Shown piece after piece: positions 1 through 14,196 of a DNA stretch of 64,000 nucleotides (its first letter is position 1; each line of letters starts with the position of its first letter). The stretch spans positions 78,306,001 through 78,370,000 of the forward strand of contig NC_135894.1 of assembly GCF_964194155.1 (NCBI RefSeq). Direction: 5' to 3'. Both the position numbers and the translations under genes were made by a program. The stretch comes from Cetorhinus maximus. Lineage: Eukaryota. The notes under the pieces are model-generated. The model made no database searches. It was not told the origin of the DNA and was given only the letters and a program-made list of their open reading frames with translations.

Positions 1-799
1 GACAACTCTGTTCATGATCATGTTCCTCAGCTATTCTAGCACTACTAAAATAAAATCTATTCTACAGTATTAAGCTAACTGGTGTTATGATTTGAAAAAA
101 AATAGCCTAAGGGAATCTGGACTGTATTAGTATGCTATTGGCATGCCTCCTGTTCTAAAATGATACTAGTAGATCATTTTGCTACCTCGGCTTGTTTAGC
201 CAAGAGTTTGAGCTAATGGCAGATACAGAAAGGCCAGGCATCCATCATTCTTTCTCCAGGAAGCTTCAAGCAATAAGTTGCCAACTGATAAAACTCTTCC
301 CATTTATTGCAGTCAGACCAGATTGTCAGCTTGAGCCCAAAACCATATCTGTCATTGTGTACAGTGGGTGTTGGGGAAGTTGGGCAATTTTGTTGCTGAT
401 GCTTATCATTTTTCTTTAAGATATGATGTTCATCATTTTGTGCTATCAACTGTAAACATAATTACTGAGGAAGCCCTGTGGCTCTTGCAGTGGGATGTTC
501 AACTCCCTACTTACAGGGTTGATAATCTGCCCACCCTTCGATTGATAGAACGAAGCACTACTTTACGTTTCCAATCAGATTACAACATTTTAAGTAGAAA
601 GTATTTGATTTCTTTTGCTGGGTCTGATCATTGAAGAGTAAAACGAGCTGAAAGCTGAGTAAGAGGATTTCTATTGTGTAGGTTAGGTGACATGGTTGCA
701 TCATTCTTCCAATTCTTAAACACTAAAAATTTCTGTTTCACACACACTGGATGCTGAACTTGACCTGTGTGATTTTCTCTGATTAGGCACTTTATTTGA

Positions 800-1880
800 G
801 GGTGTTCTATCTAGAGCTGTTTGATTTCTTTGAAGGTGGCAGGATAAGTCAATCAGGCTATTTACAAAAATATATAGGGTCCTTGGCATTATAAGTAGAG
901 GTGGAGAGTACAAAGGCATGGAAGTTATGTTGATCCTTTATATATCACTGGTTAGGCCTTACCTGAAGTGTTATATCCAGAAATTGGCACCACAATTTAG
1001 AAAGGATGCCAAGACATTTGCGAGATTGCAACAGAGATTTACCAGGATGATTCCGTGGATAAGGGACTTCAGTTATGTGAAGAGAACAGAGAAGCTGGGT
1101 CTCCTTGGAGTAGATAAGGTTACGGGGAGATTTAATAAAGATCATGAAATGATAAACCACTGAAGGAAGCCATTTGACCCTTCATGTATGTGCTGGCTCT
1201 TTAATAGGGTCAGCCAATTAACCAGGCCCCTACTCTTTCCCCATAATCTTGTAGTTGTTTTCCCTTCCGGTATTTATGCAACCTCTTTTGAATGTAACTA
1301 TGGAATCTGTTTCCACTACGCAATTCATTTCAGATCACAACCATTTGCTCTGTAGGAAAATATTTATTCATGTTGCCTTATATCTGTGTCCTCTGGTTAT
1401 GACCCTCTGCCAACATAAACAATTTCTCCTTATTTGCTCTTTCAAAACCATTCAAGGTTTTAAACAACTCTATCAAATCTCCTCTTAATCTTCTCTGCTC
1501 TAAGAAGAACAACTCCAAGTTTTCAAGTCCCTTTTCCTTGGTCCCATTCTAGTAAAATGCACAAATGTATTCAGGGCTTTGATAGATTATGTGAGGGGAA
1601 AATACCTGCATTGGTGGGATGATTGATAAGAGGACACAGATTCAAGATAATTGGGAAAAAAAACCAGAGAGATGAAGAGCTGTTATGATCACAAAGGATG
1701 GTAGGTGGTAGAAGTTTATTCAATAGTAGCTATCAAAAGGACATTGGATGTAATGTATGCTTGAAAAGAAAAAAGAATGCAGGGTTATGGGGAAAGAGCA
1801 GGGGAGTGGGGCTGGTATTTCAATGAGCCAGCAAGGTACACTGGGCCGAATATCCTCCTTTTGTGCTGTAAGATTCTTAC
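800..1880 (+). mobile_element. Decayed CR1-type LINE 3' portion, interrupted by an antisense CR1 3' fragment at about 1161-1555
   Basis: ORF 918..1163 (LYISLVRPYLKCYIQ..APQFRKD..RLQQRFTRMIP) resembles the CR1 ORF2 C-terminus. CR1 3' UTR-like text (gggccgaatatcctccttttgtgctgtaagattct) at about 1843-1877. The middle segment reads as a CR1 3' end on the minus strand. Confidence 0.75.
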
Positions 1881-2592
1881 TGCTGCTCCCAAGCACACCA
1901 GCCACTGGGCTGTTTTCTGCCTGAATGATACAATTCTCACTGCAATTTTGTGACGTTCTCTGATTTCACTTTCATTGTGACATGTCCCTCCTTTTAGACA
2001 AAGTTACTACAACTGTAGTGACTTGGGGCTTTGATATTTTTATTTACAATAGTTATAAATATTTTTAATGTATTAAAAATGGGGCCTTTATCCTGAATTC
2101 AACATTAGATACTGAAGATTGTACCTAACATAACAAACAAGGAAGAGAAAAAATGTCACCAGTAACCATCAATGACAGCCCTATTTATTTTATCTTTGAA
2201 TTGGCTTCTAACAGTGGACATCTTTTTTTTCAAAAAATCTTTTCGAATGTTTTAAACATTAGACTTCATTTGAAGTGTAGATAACTGGTCTTTCCTAAAA
2301 TTACCAAAAGCTACATCTTGGAACTGGCCTTCCCAATAGTTATTCTGTTCATGCAGTTTGCGCTGCCCTGCAGTAATCTATTTTTTAATTTAAAAACCAT
2401 GACCTGTAATTGCTGAAAAATTTGAACTTTTTTCTGTAAAATGGAATGAATAAGCATTCCAGTGATTTCCTTTAGTTCAAAAGAAATATCTAAAGTTCAT
2501 ATAACTAGCATGCCTTTTGACTGCCCTACTTTATATGTAAATTTCTGTGCACATATTTTTTTAAAGAATTAAAACTAGTAGTAGAAAGCAGT

Positions 2593-3670
2593 TATCATGC
2601 CAAGAAGACATGAAGAAAAAGAAAGCCCAAAATAAATTTGTTTCTCTTCCATGTTCTCTTGTTCAAATTCTTTTCTTTAAAGTGGACAATTGCTGGGCTG
2701 ATAAAAATGGCCACAGCTAGTCACATGCTGGTAGTTCAATAAAATTCTGAGCAGCTCCAATGGACAAAGGCAAACTCATCAACCCCCTGGATTGTGACTT
2801 GTATTGTATGAACATTCCAGCCAAGCCAACACAAAGGACAAGTAGATGAGACATCTGCCCCAGCCAGCACTGGACAAAGGTGGAGATATTTGTGACTCCT
2901 CATCTCCAATGTTTTGCTAATGGTTCCATAGTTACCTGCTCAAAATACATTGGGTTTTAATGAGCAGGCCTTAAAGTGCACCATTAACTGAATGGTTCGA
3001 CCTGAAACCAACCTGATTTGAGCTGCTTGATTTGCTTTAATTATACAGCTTTTGAATTCCTTCTTCAGTTGCTGTTTAACCTCAGAAGAGATAATAGGAC
3101 TCCAAGCTATAGCAGCTGCCTCTGACCTCCATTCCTCTCAAAGTCTGGTCTCCAGAAAGATTTCTGCATTTCACCTACAAGGTGAACTAATAAACAGAAT
3201 ACAAGAATACTTTGCTGCATCTTCTCCTGCCTCAGCCTTCAACCGAGCCCCTAGGAAAAAAGCCAGGACACTTGCCAGAGAAAGCCAACTGAAAAAACCT
3301 TCCTTGGACAATGACTTACTGGACCCTGGGTTCACGTGAAACACAATTCTTTTTTTTTCTCTCTGTGGTCTTTTCCCTGTGTCTCTTTCTTTCCCTTTTC
3401 CCTCTTTTATTGTGTGAATTTACTGAGGATAATGTAGTGACATCCACACCCTGCATTTTGATGTGTGTAAAATAAACTAACCCTCTGATTTTAACCTATC
3501 TTGAGTTTGCTGTGAGGTTATTAATAGAGGATTGGCTCACTCCAAAATGGAGGGTTTGGGAAAAATATGCCACCACTTATAAAGGAGAAATCAAAAATCA
3601 AAAACACCATTCTGTTTGCGAGAGGAGAAATCAGGGATGTTTTAAATTAAATACCCTCCTGTCTTTAACA
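2593..3670 (+). mobile_element. Solo LTR-like element
   Basis: Begins TATCATG (degenerate TGTCATG) and ends TTAACA. Flanked by cagt/cagc (4-bp TSD, one mismatch). AATAAA at about 3471 after a pyrimidine/TG-rich tract. No coding remnants. Confidence 0.45.
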
Positions 3671-6589
3671 CAGCGTACAGGCAAACATCCACTGCCTCAC
3701 AACATAAATGATGGGAGTTGGAATATCTGTTATCTTTGATTGACCCCAGCTATTGCACTTTTCAAAACTGGAAGAAAAAATGCAAGTATTTCATAAGACC
3801 CGCTGCCTAAAATTTGCAAGAAGCTTTTAATCTTCAGCTGTTCCTCAGCAAAAAAAAAACCAATTAAACTCTGAATAACTTTGCCCCAATTAGAGCTTGC
3901 AATCCTACAGGAGCACGGATTCAACTTAGCAGCAGTAAAGTGTATTGTGCATTCCATTAAATAAGGTGTCAGTCATTATTAAGCAATGCCTCATCTGTTA
4001 ATAGGAGTGTTGTTGTGGAAGACCTGCTAATATATTAAAATATCTTTTCATCAGTAACTAGAAGTGGAAAAACCCAGTTGGTCAATTTTAATCTGTACAT
4101 TAAATCATTAATCAGTGACAAAACTTGTGTTGTTCACTTTATGTTCAAGTTTAATTTATTATACAATACTTTACTTTCTTCCCATTCTTTATGAAGGTGT
4201 CATTTTATTCCTGAACTATAGTTCTACAAGAGCTAATCACCTTTGGCACTTTGCCAAAATGCTCATTATTCAAGTGTAGGCCTAGAGAGTAAGCATTGGT
4301 AGGCTACTTGACTGTGAATGCTTCAAGATAAGCATTATCCTGACTTCCTAATGCTAAGTACAAAAAATTCCAGAATTGTTGCTGGCTAATGCTTTATAGC
4401 CTTTTTCTTTCTCCCTAATGTGGGCACTGAGATCAACTATAGTGCCCATATCATAATTCCGGCTAAGGTCAACAAACTTAGCCAGATCAGGGATCAAAAC
4501 CGTTTGGGTCAGCTATTGATGCTGTAAACATGCTGTGTTAATTCAGGCACCAATCCTTTTACTTAATGCTAGATTTATTTACAGAATGCAATATTACATA
4601 TGTTCGCATCCTCCCTAGCCAACAGCCAGTGCCCCAGCAGTCTTTCCTTATATATGCTTAAGGTACTTAATCAATCACTGCCCTTCACCTGTGTATTCTT
4701 AATCTTGATAATATAATTAACATACCACTGACATGCTGGATTATGATAGGAACTCAATACCATGGGGTATTTACAGAAAGTTTTTTGGGAAGTGTAAGAG
4801 GCAGGTGATGGGGTGCGACAATGAAAAAAGATGAGGGGCAGTGGGGCACGAAAATCAGGTTGAACTTGGATTCAAACTTCTCTTGGGGCACCATTAGTTC
4901 GGCTGCCCAAAATGAGGCAAGATTTGTGATCTTCAAGTTGCATGTTTTTTATGGCCATGAGCAACATGTTCCATTTACATAGTTGAGCAAAGTACTTCAC
5001 TGTTAGGAAACAGAAACATAACTCTCTGCTGATGCACTTCCATCCTGCGTGAGTCATCCTATTTTACTGGCACCCTCCCCACCACTGCCAGCCCTACACC
5101 GTTTTTTAGCCTTCCAGTCGAGGACTGAAGAAACCCATTTGTGTTTTTCCTTTACAACTGTATCCCTGTCAGGTGATAGATTTATTGTGCCACACAATGA
5201 TTCTTTCAACATCGAACGAATAAGTTAAATTAATTGAGAATGACATGTGCATCAGGCAAAATTATGGAAAACAGTATCATGAGCAAGCTCTGCAAATGAA
5301 AGTATTGGGCACTGCTGGGGCATGACTTAGTCCCTGGCTGGGCACAGGTGTGGATAATATCTCTTCTATTTATTACTATCTCATCATTAAATGTTTACAG
5401 TTCTATCTCAGCTGTTGCCTTTTAAGAATCCAAATTCTACTATTTTTATTGTCTAAAGGAAACAGGCCTTAAAGATGTTTTGGTTCAATCAGCCATGTAA
5501 CTCATATAAGGCAGTTATGAAATCAACTTGCTCCATAAAAGAAGGTTCCATTACCCTTGAAACGATTGCTTGGCTGACAGAAATCACAGTTTAGCATATC
5601 AGTCTCTAGCCGGCATATTGCTTCTGAATTATTCTGCTGCCCTTCCTGAAATGGCATGTTCCGAACGCAAATCCAATTACCGCTGAAGTCATGTAATTTA
5701 GCTGCAGTTGGCCAAACTGTTTAATAAATGTAGTTGGTGGTGGGGGCAGGGGGGAGGGTGGTTGGTGGTGGGGAGGGAGTGGTGCAAAGCTTTTGATTTG
5801 TGTAGTAATTAGGGGGATTAGGTCAAGTGTAATAGAATTGGTTGGCTCAGAGTGGAGACTAATGTGACTTACCCTCTGTTACAGCGAGGGATGCTATCAA
5901 CAGATCTGCACTTTCATTACAATTAACATTGTTGTTGATAAGATAATATGTGGAAAAAAAGAGCTGCCACAATGTCTTTGATTGATTGAGTGATTAGAAC
6001 TTCCATCCCACTGAGCTGTATAAAGGAATTGTCATTTTACATTGGTTGCAAGAATACAAAACCAGCAATCAGCTAAGGAAAATGCTCATATGTTTACGTG
6101 CATTTGATACACTGCTTAAGTTGTGAGTTTGTAATAGAGATATAGATAGGATACGCACAATGTCTTGGGAATAGGAAGAACCAGTATCAATGAGCCCTGT
6201 GCTACAATATTTGAAAAGCTCAATTTTGAAAAGCTTTCTTTCCAAAGCTAAAAGTAGCTTAACTTTTCGAAAATAAATTGTAGTTTTCAACAATTAATCA
6301 TGCTGAGGTAACATAGTAATTAATATTTTTCTTAAAAATATTGCTAAACTGGTGTATTCGGACTATAATGTTAGAACAGTTGGTTGAATTACAATAATTA
6401 CAATAATTACGGGTAGCTGAACCATTTTCTTATCCCTCCACTGGGATTAGAATTATTATTTGCATTTATCTTGCCAGATTTCCGTTTATTTCAAAAGTGT
6501 AACATTTTCAGGAAGTGTATTAGGAAATAAAATCCGAATAGTTCAGAAATCTTAAATTAATATTTAATTGCTAAACTGACCTTAAATGA

Positions 6590-6910
6590 TATTAAGATCA
6601 TAAGATGATAAGAAATATGAGCAGCAGTAGGCCCACCAAGGCTGCTCCACCATTCAATAAGATCATGGCTTACTGACTGTGGCATTAACTGCACTTTCCT
6701 GCCAGCTCACACCCTCCCTCTGCCCAACCATAACCCTTGACTCCCTAGTAGATCAAAAATCTGTCTAAATCTATTTTCAATATATTGAATGACTAAGCAT
6801 GCAGTACTCTTATGGAGGAGAATTCTAAAGACGAATGGCCCTTTGAGAGAAGAAATTCCTCTTCATTTCCATCTTAAATGGGAGATCCCTTATTTTGAAA
6901 CTAGGACCCC
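6590..6910 (-). mobile_element. CR1 LINE 3' end fragment
   Basis: Starts with taagatcataagatgataagaaat..., the reverse complement of the CR1 tail, and resembles the CR1 3' ends at about 14330-14450 and 59415-59700. Confidence 0.7.
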
Positions 6911-7040
6911 AATGTTAACAAAAATAATTATTTTATTTGCAACATTGGGAAAACGGGCCTCATTGAATGATTTCCCATCTGGGCACTTATAACACGTTAC
7001 GTATGTAAAAACAATGGAAACTCTAAAGTCTAAAGTCTTA

Positions 7041-8091
7041 GGTGTGAATTTCCGCTACCAAGGCAGGTAGCTCAAATCAGGAGCTTTCCTGGCTTGCCAC
7101 ACCCGCCTTGCATAAAAGACCCCTGAATGTTGCAATCTTTGTTCTGGGAGGGCAGATGCGCAATGGAGTCAGCCTTGCCATTCCTGGTAGATGGCCACTA
7201 GGTGACCGAGTGCCAAGACGGGCTGGTTCAAAAGTCTGCCTTGGTTCTCTGGGACTTTGTCCCATTTGAGTTATAAGATTTTAGGCCCCCTCTTACATCC
7301 CCTCACCCCCTACCCACCCTCCCATGGCCCCTTATACCCCCATGCCAACTCATGCCAACTCATCCAGTCCACCCTGAGCAGACTTGAGGACCCATATGGA
7401 AAGGAAATTTAAAAAGTTCTAAAAATCTAATACAGGTTTCCCTTTACAGACTTGATAGTAAAAAGAAATCATGAAAGACCTTTCAAGGTGTTTTTTAAAC
7501 GCAAGTTTTAAATCTCTTATAAAAAGAAACAAACTACTATTCATGCCCTACGTCAGAGACAGCTAATCCTGTAATAAGCTTTTTAAGCTGTCAGTCAAAC
7601 TGTAAACTCAGAATACCCCTGCTGAGATAATTGTAGGTTTAGGAAATCAGCCAAACATTCATAAAGAGCCCTTAGGGAAATGTCAGCAAACAGCTATTGA
7701 AACTGCTAGAACAGAGTTTTTTTTTAAAAAAACTCTCACTGACACACTGCAGCCTTAATTTTTTTCTTTTTTAAAAGATTGGGGATTTAAATAGCTTCAT
7801 ATCATGACAATTATACAGACCTTGTTCATCCATCAAGAGCCTTTACATCTACCCCATAAATTCATGACTCCCGCACTGTGTTCCTTGTAGCAGCCAAATT
7901 GGGGTCTGTTTTAATTCAGCACTGAGTTCAGGTGCCCCTGTGGAGTATGGGTTTCCCTCCTGTGTGATTCACACCCCACCCCTTTTCCCAAAAATTGGAT
8001 GTCAGAAATAGGAGCAGAACTTCAAATCCACGTCTCACCCACATTTTTAGAAGCTCTGTGGAGTTTCCATGGCTCTGTGAAAATCCAGGCC
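7041..8091. mobile_element. Non-autonomous Harbinger-type element (MITE), about 1.05 kb
   Basis: Termini ggtgtgaatttcc ... aaaatccaggcc. TTA duplicated at 7038-7040 and 8092-8094. Internal similarity to 55268-56696 and about 46430-46900. Confidence 0.7.
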
Positions 8092-9384
8092 TTAGTAATT
8101 CTCTTCACTAACTTTCAACTGCATACCTGGGATGAGCAGTTTTACAGTGGAATGTGCTCTCATTGAGCATCATACTACAATATTTCTCACCATGGGGTCA
8201 GATAATACTGAAGAACGAACACTGACAGCCTGGTTATATTCTTCTTTTGTGCTTAAACTCATTTCTCATACAAAAGAAAAGATAAGAAAGTACCTTCACA
8301 ATTAATCAAAACTGAATAAAAATAGATTTCATATACACCTGCACCTTGACACCAACTTATTTGAAAATTATTTTCTTCCAAGTCTCAATTAATATCCAAT
8401 TAATGCTTTGACGTGATATAAATAGATAAACTAGGAGATAGCTGGCTGCCTTGTCATATGCTATAACAAGCCTACATTCTGCAGACAGCAAAACTCCAGT
8501 ATCATTCATTAGATAATAGGACAACAACACTTCCATCTGACATAGTTTGTTTGATGACATACGTTTCCTCAATATAATCACAGGCATCAGAGAATAACCA
8601 TTATCCATACAAAATTCATATTATTTTAATAATCATAGGTTTCCAGACAACATGCTAATCATTTCATCTATGCACAGATGCAAAGACAGTCAAACCATTC
8701 TTAAATTGTTACAATGCTGAAAAACTGTAAATCCCCAATAAATAAATCTATAACACAATTTCTCAAGGTCTGAAACAGGATGGGTGACTCATTTCCAACT
8801 GTCACTATGAGTTTGTAGAATAATTACTTTGCAACACAATATCAGGACATCCAAAAAATGGTATGTATCATTAAGTTTACGTGCTTTTTATCTCCTCAAT
8901 TGTGCTGTTAACAAGAATCTCCACATAAACCAACCCAGCTCAGCAAAAGGAAGAGAGAAATTCTAAATGTCTACAGAGCTTTTGGGAGGAATAGGGAGAT
9001 TTCAGTGATGCCTAATTGACTGAAGATCCAAGAGTCTGAATTTAAATTTATGTTACAGGTTTATTATGTTGGATAGGACGGTCTATTTGTACTGCCATTG
9101 CTACAGCACAATTCAGTGCAGCTTTCAATTTTTAATTTTTAGTGCTGGAGACTATCTGTAATGTGGTAACACCATTTCATCTCTACTCATGCTGAATTCT
9201 ATCCTTGGGGTATAGGCATGGTGACATTTCTTGCAAAATACGGCACCATGATCATACAGTTATTACAAATGAATGTGAGATTCAATTGTTAAATATTGAC
9301 AAATATTTTCCCTGCCATTCACTTTTTCTGCCAGATCTGTCTTCTTTCATTTTGAAAGTTTTATTTATCAACTCGTATGTTAGT

Positions 9385-9745
9385 GGCACAACTGATGGTA
9401 TTATTATACCTTTGAGTCAGAAAGTTGTGGCTCCAAGCCCCATTCCAAGATAAGCCAATAGCCTAGGCTGACATCCTAGTATGGTACTGAAGGGTATGTA
9501 TTACCAGAGGTGCTGCCCTTTGGATAATGTGTTAAACTAAGGCCTTCTCTGTGATTCAGGTGGATATTAAAGATGCAACAGCACTCTTTGAAGAGGACCA
9601 TTGGATTCTTCCAGTGTCCTATCCAAACGTCACCATCAAAAACAGATTATCTGAACAGCAGCCATATTCCACATTTAACAATAATTATTGCACTTCAGAG
9701 TAATTCATTGCATGTGAAAAGCTTTGAGATATTTCTTCAAGCCTT
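9385..9745 (+). mobile_element. Deu-domain SINE (SacSINE1/AmnSINE-like), decayed
   Basis: Contains gtgctgccctttggataatgtgttaaactaaggcc...caggtggatattaaagatgcaacagcactctttgaagagg, matching the Deu-domain consensus as I recall it, preceded by a tRNA-like head. Confidence 0.65.
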
Positions 9746-12700
9746 TCTTCATGTTTAGAATTGGTCTTAAAATTCCTCTTGGAACAAAAATAAATGGGCA
9801 CTGCTTATTTCTTTGTAGTGAATAATTATCTAACAAAAACCGTCATGAAACGTGCATCTTCAAAGTGTGCAGAGGGAATTCAGTTTTGTTACTATGTGAT
9901 TAATTATGAGGAAAAAGTCTTTTCTCCTTTTGTTAATGTAGGAATTGCATACCCCATGTATCATGATATACTAATGCATTAGATCCAAACTCTGATCTTC
10001 CATTTTCAGCCTTCTGATTTATTTTGATTCAATGTCTGTCAAAAGCACTAAAATTTATTCTCTGTTGTAGTCAAAATAGTCTCACAGCAGAAACATCAAT
10101 CTACCATTCAAAGTGTCCATGCAGGAAAAAAAAAAAATATGAAGCAATCTTCCTGTCAGAGGGTTTCATTTATATTGCTAACCCTGAAGAGATTGTATTC
10201 AGTTTAGAAGAGGATGACCTGAACTGAATGTGACTCACTAGGATTTATAACGAGGGTTATTCTGAGTCAGTTCATGCACTGTAAACTATCAAATGACACT
10301 GACTTGAATATTTAATGGTAAATTTCATAGGATTTCCAATACAGGAATATGTGATTCTCCTTTTTGGATAGCACCAATGGAAGTGGAGGCAGTTCTTTAT
10401 TCTTTTTAACTGAATGCTAAAACTTTTCTACAACTATAATTTACATGACAAGTATAACTGCTGGCTTACTCTCCATCTTAACATTTTGTCCTCTTTTCTT
10501 TGCTCATTTCATATATTATAATCCTTCAGAAATGGGAGCAAATCTGAAATGATCAGAGAGATGGTGAATGTGTGTCTTTATTTATTTGATAATAGCTTAT
10601 AATCCAACTGCAGCACCTTCTTCTGCCCACTGTAGCTTGAGAGTGTACTACCTGGGGGCATTCCCTGTCTCCACTGAGAATCCTGCCAGGCATGCCTCTG
10701 AAAAGAGGCTTGTTTTAGGCCTCAAGTGGGCCATGCAGTTGAAGATTTCTCGACTGGATAGCAAGTGGAATGAGAATGATTTCAGTAATATTTCTGGCCC
10801 AACCAACCTATAGCTCCAAAATGCTAGTGGTAGCAGTCAGTTGCTGCATATGGTATTGACTTCTTTCCCTAGGATTTGGGCCGAAGGAGCCATAATTTCT
10901 ACTCTCAATCCTTTCCATGGGTCTCAGGCCCAGTAGAGGCAGAACAGAAATATCATCATGTTCAATCTGCCAGGTGGCTGTTGAAAGCAGGCTTCCAACA
11001 GCCACAGGATGGTAAAGGAAATGAGCCATTGCTTGTAAACACATTCTTATTATGTTACAGTAATTACACATTGGGCCATGAGTTTTGATCTAGTGTTTAA
11101 AATGAAAATCTCTGTGAAACACTGAATAATATAAAAAGATGTCATGATGAAGTGAGGAAGCACATCTTACCTCATCTACCCAAAAGGAAACACATGTAAT
11201 CCCATCTATCACACTATCCAACTAGCCCTTGAATGGCTCACCAGATAACTGCTACTGTGGAGGGGCCCACAACCCACAGCTGTACAGTGTTGATGGATGT
11301 AAGTAAGATGTTGCTGTGAGCAGAGCTGCTGCCACATTTCCTTTACTTAACAGTAGTCACAGTACTTGATGAGTAATTCATTGTGTGATTGCCATTCACT
11401 AACCTCCCCTCCCCCCTACCCCCACCACTGAATGCTCGGTGCATCATGACGCACTTATGCTCTCTTACTGAATTCAATATTAGAAAGCACAATTATAGTT
11501 CCAGTAGGCCTCAGTGAAAGCATTTGCTTTTTCAGAATGCAGTAACAAAACTGAACTTATCGGGGTCAACTTTTATCTCAGCTATGTCTTATAAATATGC
11601 ATAACTGGGGAGAAACTAACGCAAAATATGGCAGAAATTTTCTATGTTGATCTTTGCCTGTAATATGCATGACACCAATACTCAGCATGAGTTTTAACTG
11701 GGACAGTAAGCTGTTGCCACAACTTAAGTATTCTAATAGGCTACTTGTGGCACTCATTTAATGGGCACAGTGTTTACAGTGTTTCCTGTTGAGAATATCA
11801 GAAGTACACTTCTTCATAATTGTAATGGTTTAGCTATTTGGAGAAGAGGGGGATGAACAGAAGCAAGTTTGGTCTGAAAGACCACTTACCATTGCCCCCC
11901 ACAAGTTCCTATTCAGCCAGAGATAGACTTATTCGGATATGACTGAAGAGGTGTCACTGCAAGCTAATATTCCCCAGGCTGGAGCATATGCCAGAGTTAT
12001 GCCACATACTACAGTCGAGGTTCAATACAGACCTGCCTTTGCTGTGGCTGTAATGATAATTGTAGCATAAAGTGTTATGCCTAATTTTAGACGACCACGG
12101 GGGTATCTGTAACATCAACCAATCTGCAATCTGCAAAAATATTGGCCAGGTGAGAGTTGCCTTGTTTGTTATAATGCCAGAATCTTCAATGCTTTCTCAA
12201 TTGGCAACCAACAACAGCAAGTTGAGGGCACGGCACTTTATTTCAAATGACAAAATTCAAAGCATAATGGTGTTCCTGCATTTGTGAACTGCAAGGGCTC
12301 ATTTTTTACCGTCAGTAAAGAATCATGCAAATGAATAATGCTTTCCAACTTGTAGTCGTGATGCCATCATTTCAACTTAGCCTCATTATTTTATCCGGAA
12401 GAAAGTGTAAGCTTGGCTCCTATGTGCTAGGCTTTTATGCCATCTCTATGACAGCCATGCACATCTCTTGAGCACTGGAACAATGAGGTGCATTAATCCA
12501 TCTCAGTCACCCTGAAATGCACCATTAGCATGTTGAAGCAGTGCTTCAGGTGCCCGGACAGATCATGGATGCTCCACAATTTCATCAACTAACGTTAATT
12601 GGAACATCATGGATGAACTCCAGTGTTACAATGTCGCCTATCAACACAGTTTAGAAATGGCTTTGGATTTTTGCACACTGGCTATCTTCAAAGACTTCAG

Positions 12701-13220
12701 TAATCCTTTGAATGCAAAGAGAATTAAAATGCAGCTGCAGTGAGGCCTTGATCCCTGACTTCACCTGAGGATGAATGTGAACTTCTCTTTTTATAGTTGT
12801 GCCTGCTCATCAGTACCAACTGCATGTGGTTCAATGGTAGCCCTCTTGCCACTGAGTTTTAAAGGAAGTAGTTGCAGAGATAGTGGAGGCATTGGTCGAA
12901 ATATTCCAGAACTCACTGGATTCTGGGAGGGTCCCATTGGATTGGAAAACTGCTAATGCGATGCCCATGTTCAAGAAGGAAGGGAGACAAAAAACAGGAA
13001 ACTATAGGCCAGTTGACCTAACATCTGTCATTGGGAAAATGCTAGAGTCCATTATTAAGGAAGAAATAGGACATTTAGAAAAGCTTAACACCATTAAACA
13101 GAGTCAACATGCTTTTGTGAAAGGGAAACCGCGTTTGACAAATTTGCTTGAGTTCTTTAAGGATATAACAAGCAGAGTTGATAAAGGGGAACCGGTAGGT
13201 GTAGTGTATTTGGATTTCCA

Positions 13221-13726
13221 GAAGGCATTCGATACGGTGCCACATAAAAAGTTATTGCACAAGGTAGGAGCTCACAGTATTGGGGGTAATGTATTATCAT
13301 GGACCGAGGATTGGTTAACACACAGAAGACAGAGAGTCGGGATTAGTAGATCATTTTCAGGGGAAGAATTATCCCCCTGTTGGGGGGAAGTGCAGGAGCG
13401 GGTGCGTGCCGGCACGCCTCCGATCAACGCCCCCAATCGGGGGCACGCCGCCATTTTACGTGGGCGGGCCTTAATTGGCCCGCCCACGTAAAATGGCGGC
13501 GTGCCCCTGATTGGGGGCGTTGATCGGAGGCGTGCCGGCACGCACCCGCTCCTGCACTTCCCCCCAACAGGGGGATAATTCTTCCCCTGAAAATGATCTA
13601 CTAATCCCGACTCTCTGTCTTCTGTGTGTTAACCAATCCTCGGTCCATGATAATACATTACCCCCAATACTGTGAGCTCCTACCTTGTGCAATAACTTTT
13701 TATGTGGCACCGTATCGAATGCCTTC
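13221..13726. repeat. Long inverted repeat: 250-bp arms, 6-bp spacer TTAATT, one mismatch
   Basis: 13221-13470 is the reverse complement of 13477-13726 except 13439/13508. ORFs 12883..13491(+) and 13471..13731(-) give near-identical peptides. Confidence 0.97.
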
Positions 13727-14196
13727 AGCATGACGTCTACCAGAAAGCGCTCCCTGTGCGGGCCGGGAGTGGGATTCCCTCAGCCGAGAGTGCGCTCTTC
13801 CGTGTGAAAGAGCGCACTCATCTCCCTGAGGCTAAGTGCTGCCTCAGGGAGATCGGCGCCAAATTTAAAAATGGTAACTGTACAAAAATGTCACATGAGT
13901 TGGGACATGTCCATCACTTTTAATCAAACTTTTATTCAATTTTTAAAAACCCTCATGAAACCTCATCCCGCCCACGGATGAGGTTTCATGCTTTTTCTAA
14001 AGCCCACCAGGTCTCCCGGCATACCCGCCAACCTTAAGGTTAGACAGGCAGGTCCATTAGTTATTTAGATTAGTTTTTAAATGGCCTCAATTGGCTGTTG
14101 ACAGGTCGGCGGGTGCACAGCTGATGTCATCCCGCATCATTTTATGTGTCGGCGAGCGGGCCCCGCACCCCGCTCACCTACCTGAATATCCTGGCC
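13361..14196 (+). mobile_element. Harbinger-type MITE (about 700-bp palindrome-rich family) carrying the inverted duplication
   Basis: Termini gggaagaatt ... atatcctggcc. CAG duplicated at 13358-13360 and 14197-14199. Diagnostic catgaaacctcatcc..ggatgaggtttcatg hairpin. Confidence 0.85.

Noticed and set aside
11890-12150. Exon-like region with GTAAGT (minus) and GTGAGA (plus) donors
   Set aside because: All minus-strand frames hit stops before the donor, and the short + strand ORF is unrecognisable.
192-12800. Numerous 60-95 aa ORFs in the ORF track
   Set aside because: Apart from the CR1 remnant at 918..1163, their lengths are expected by chance, many start at TTG/GTG, and none has recognisable motifs or consistent splice structure.
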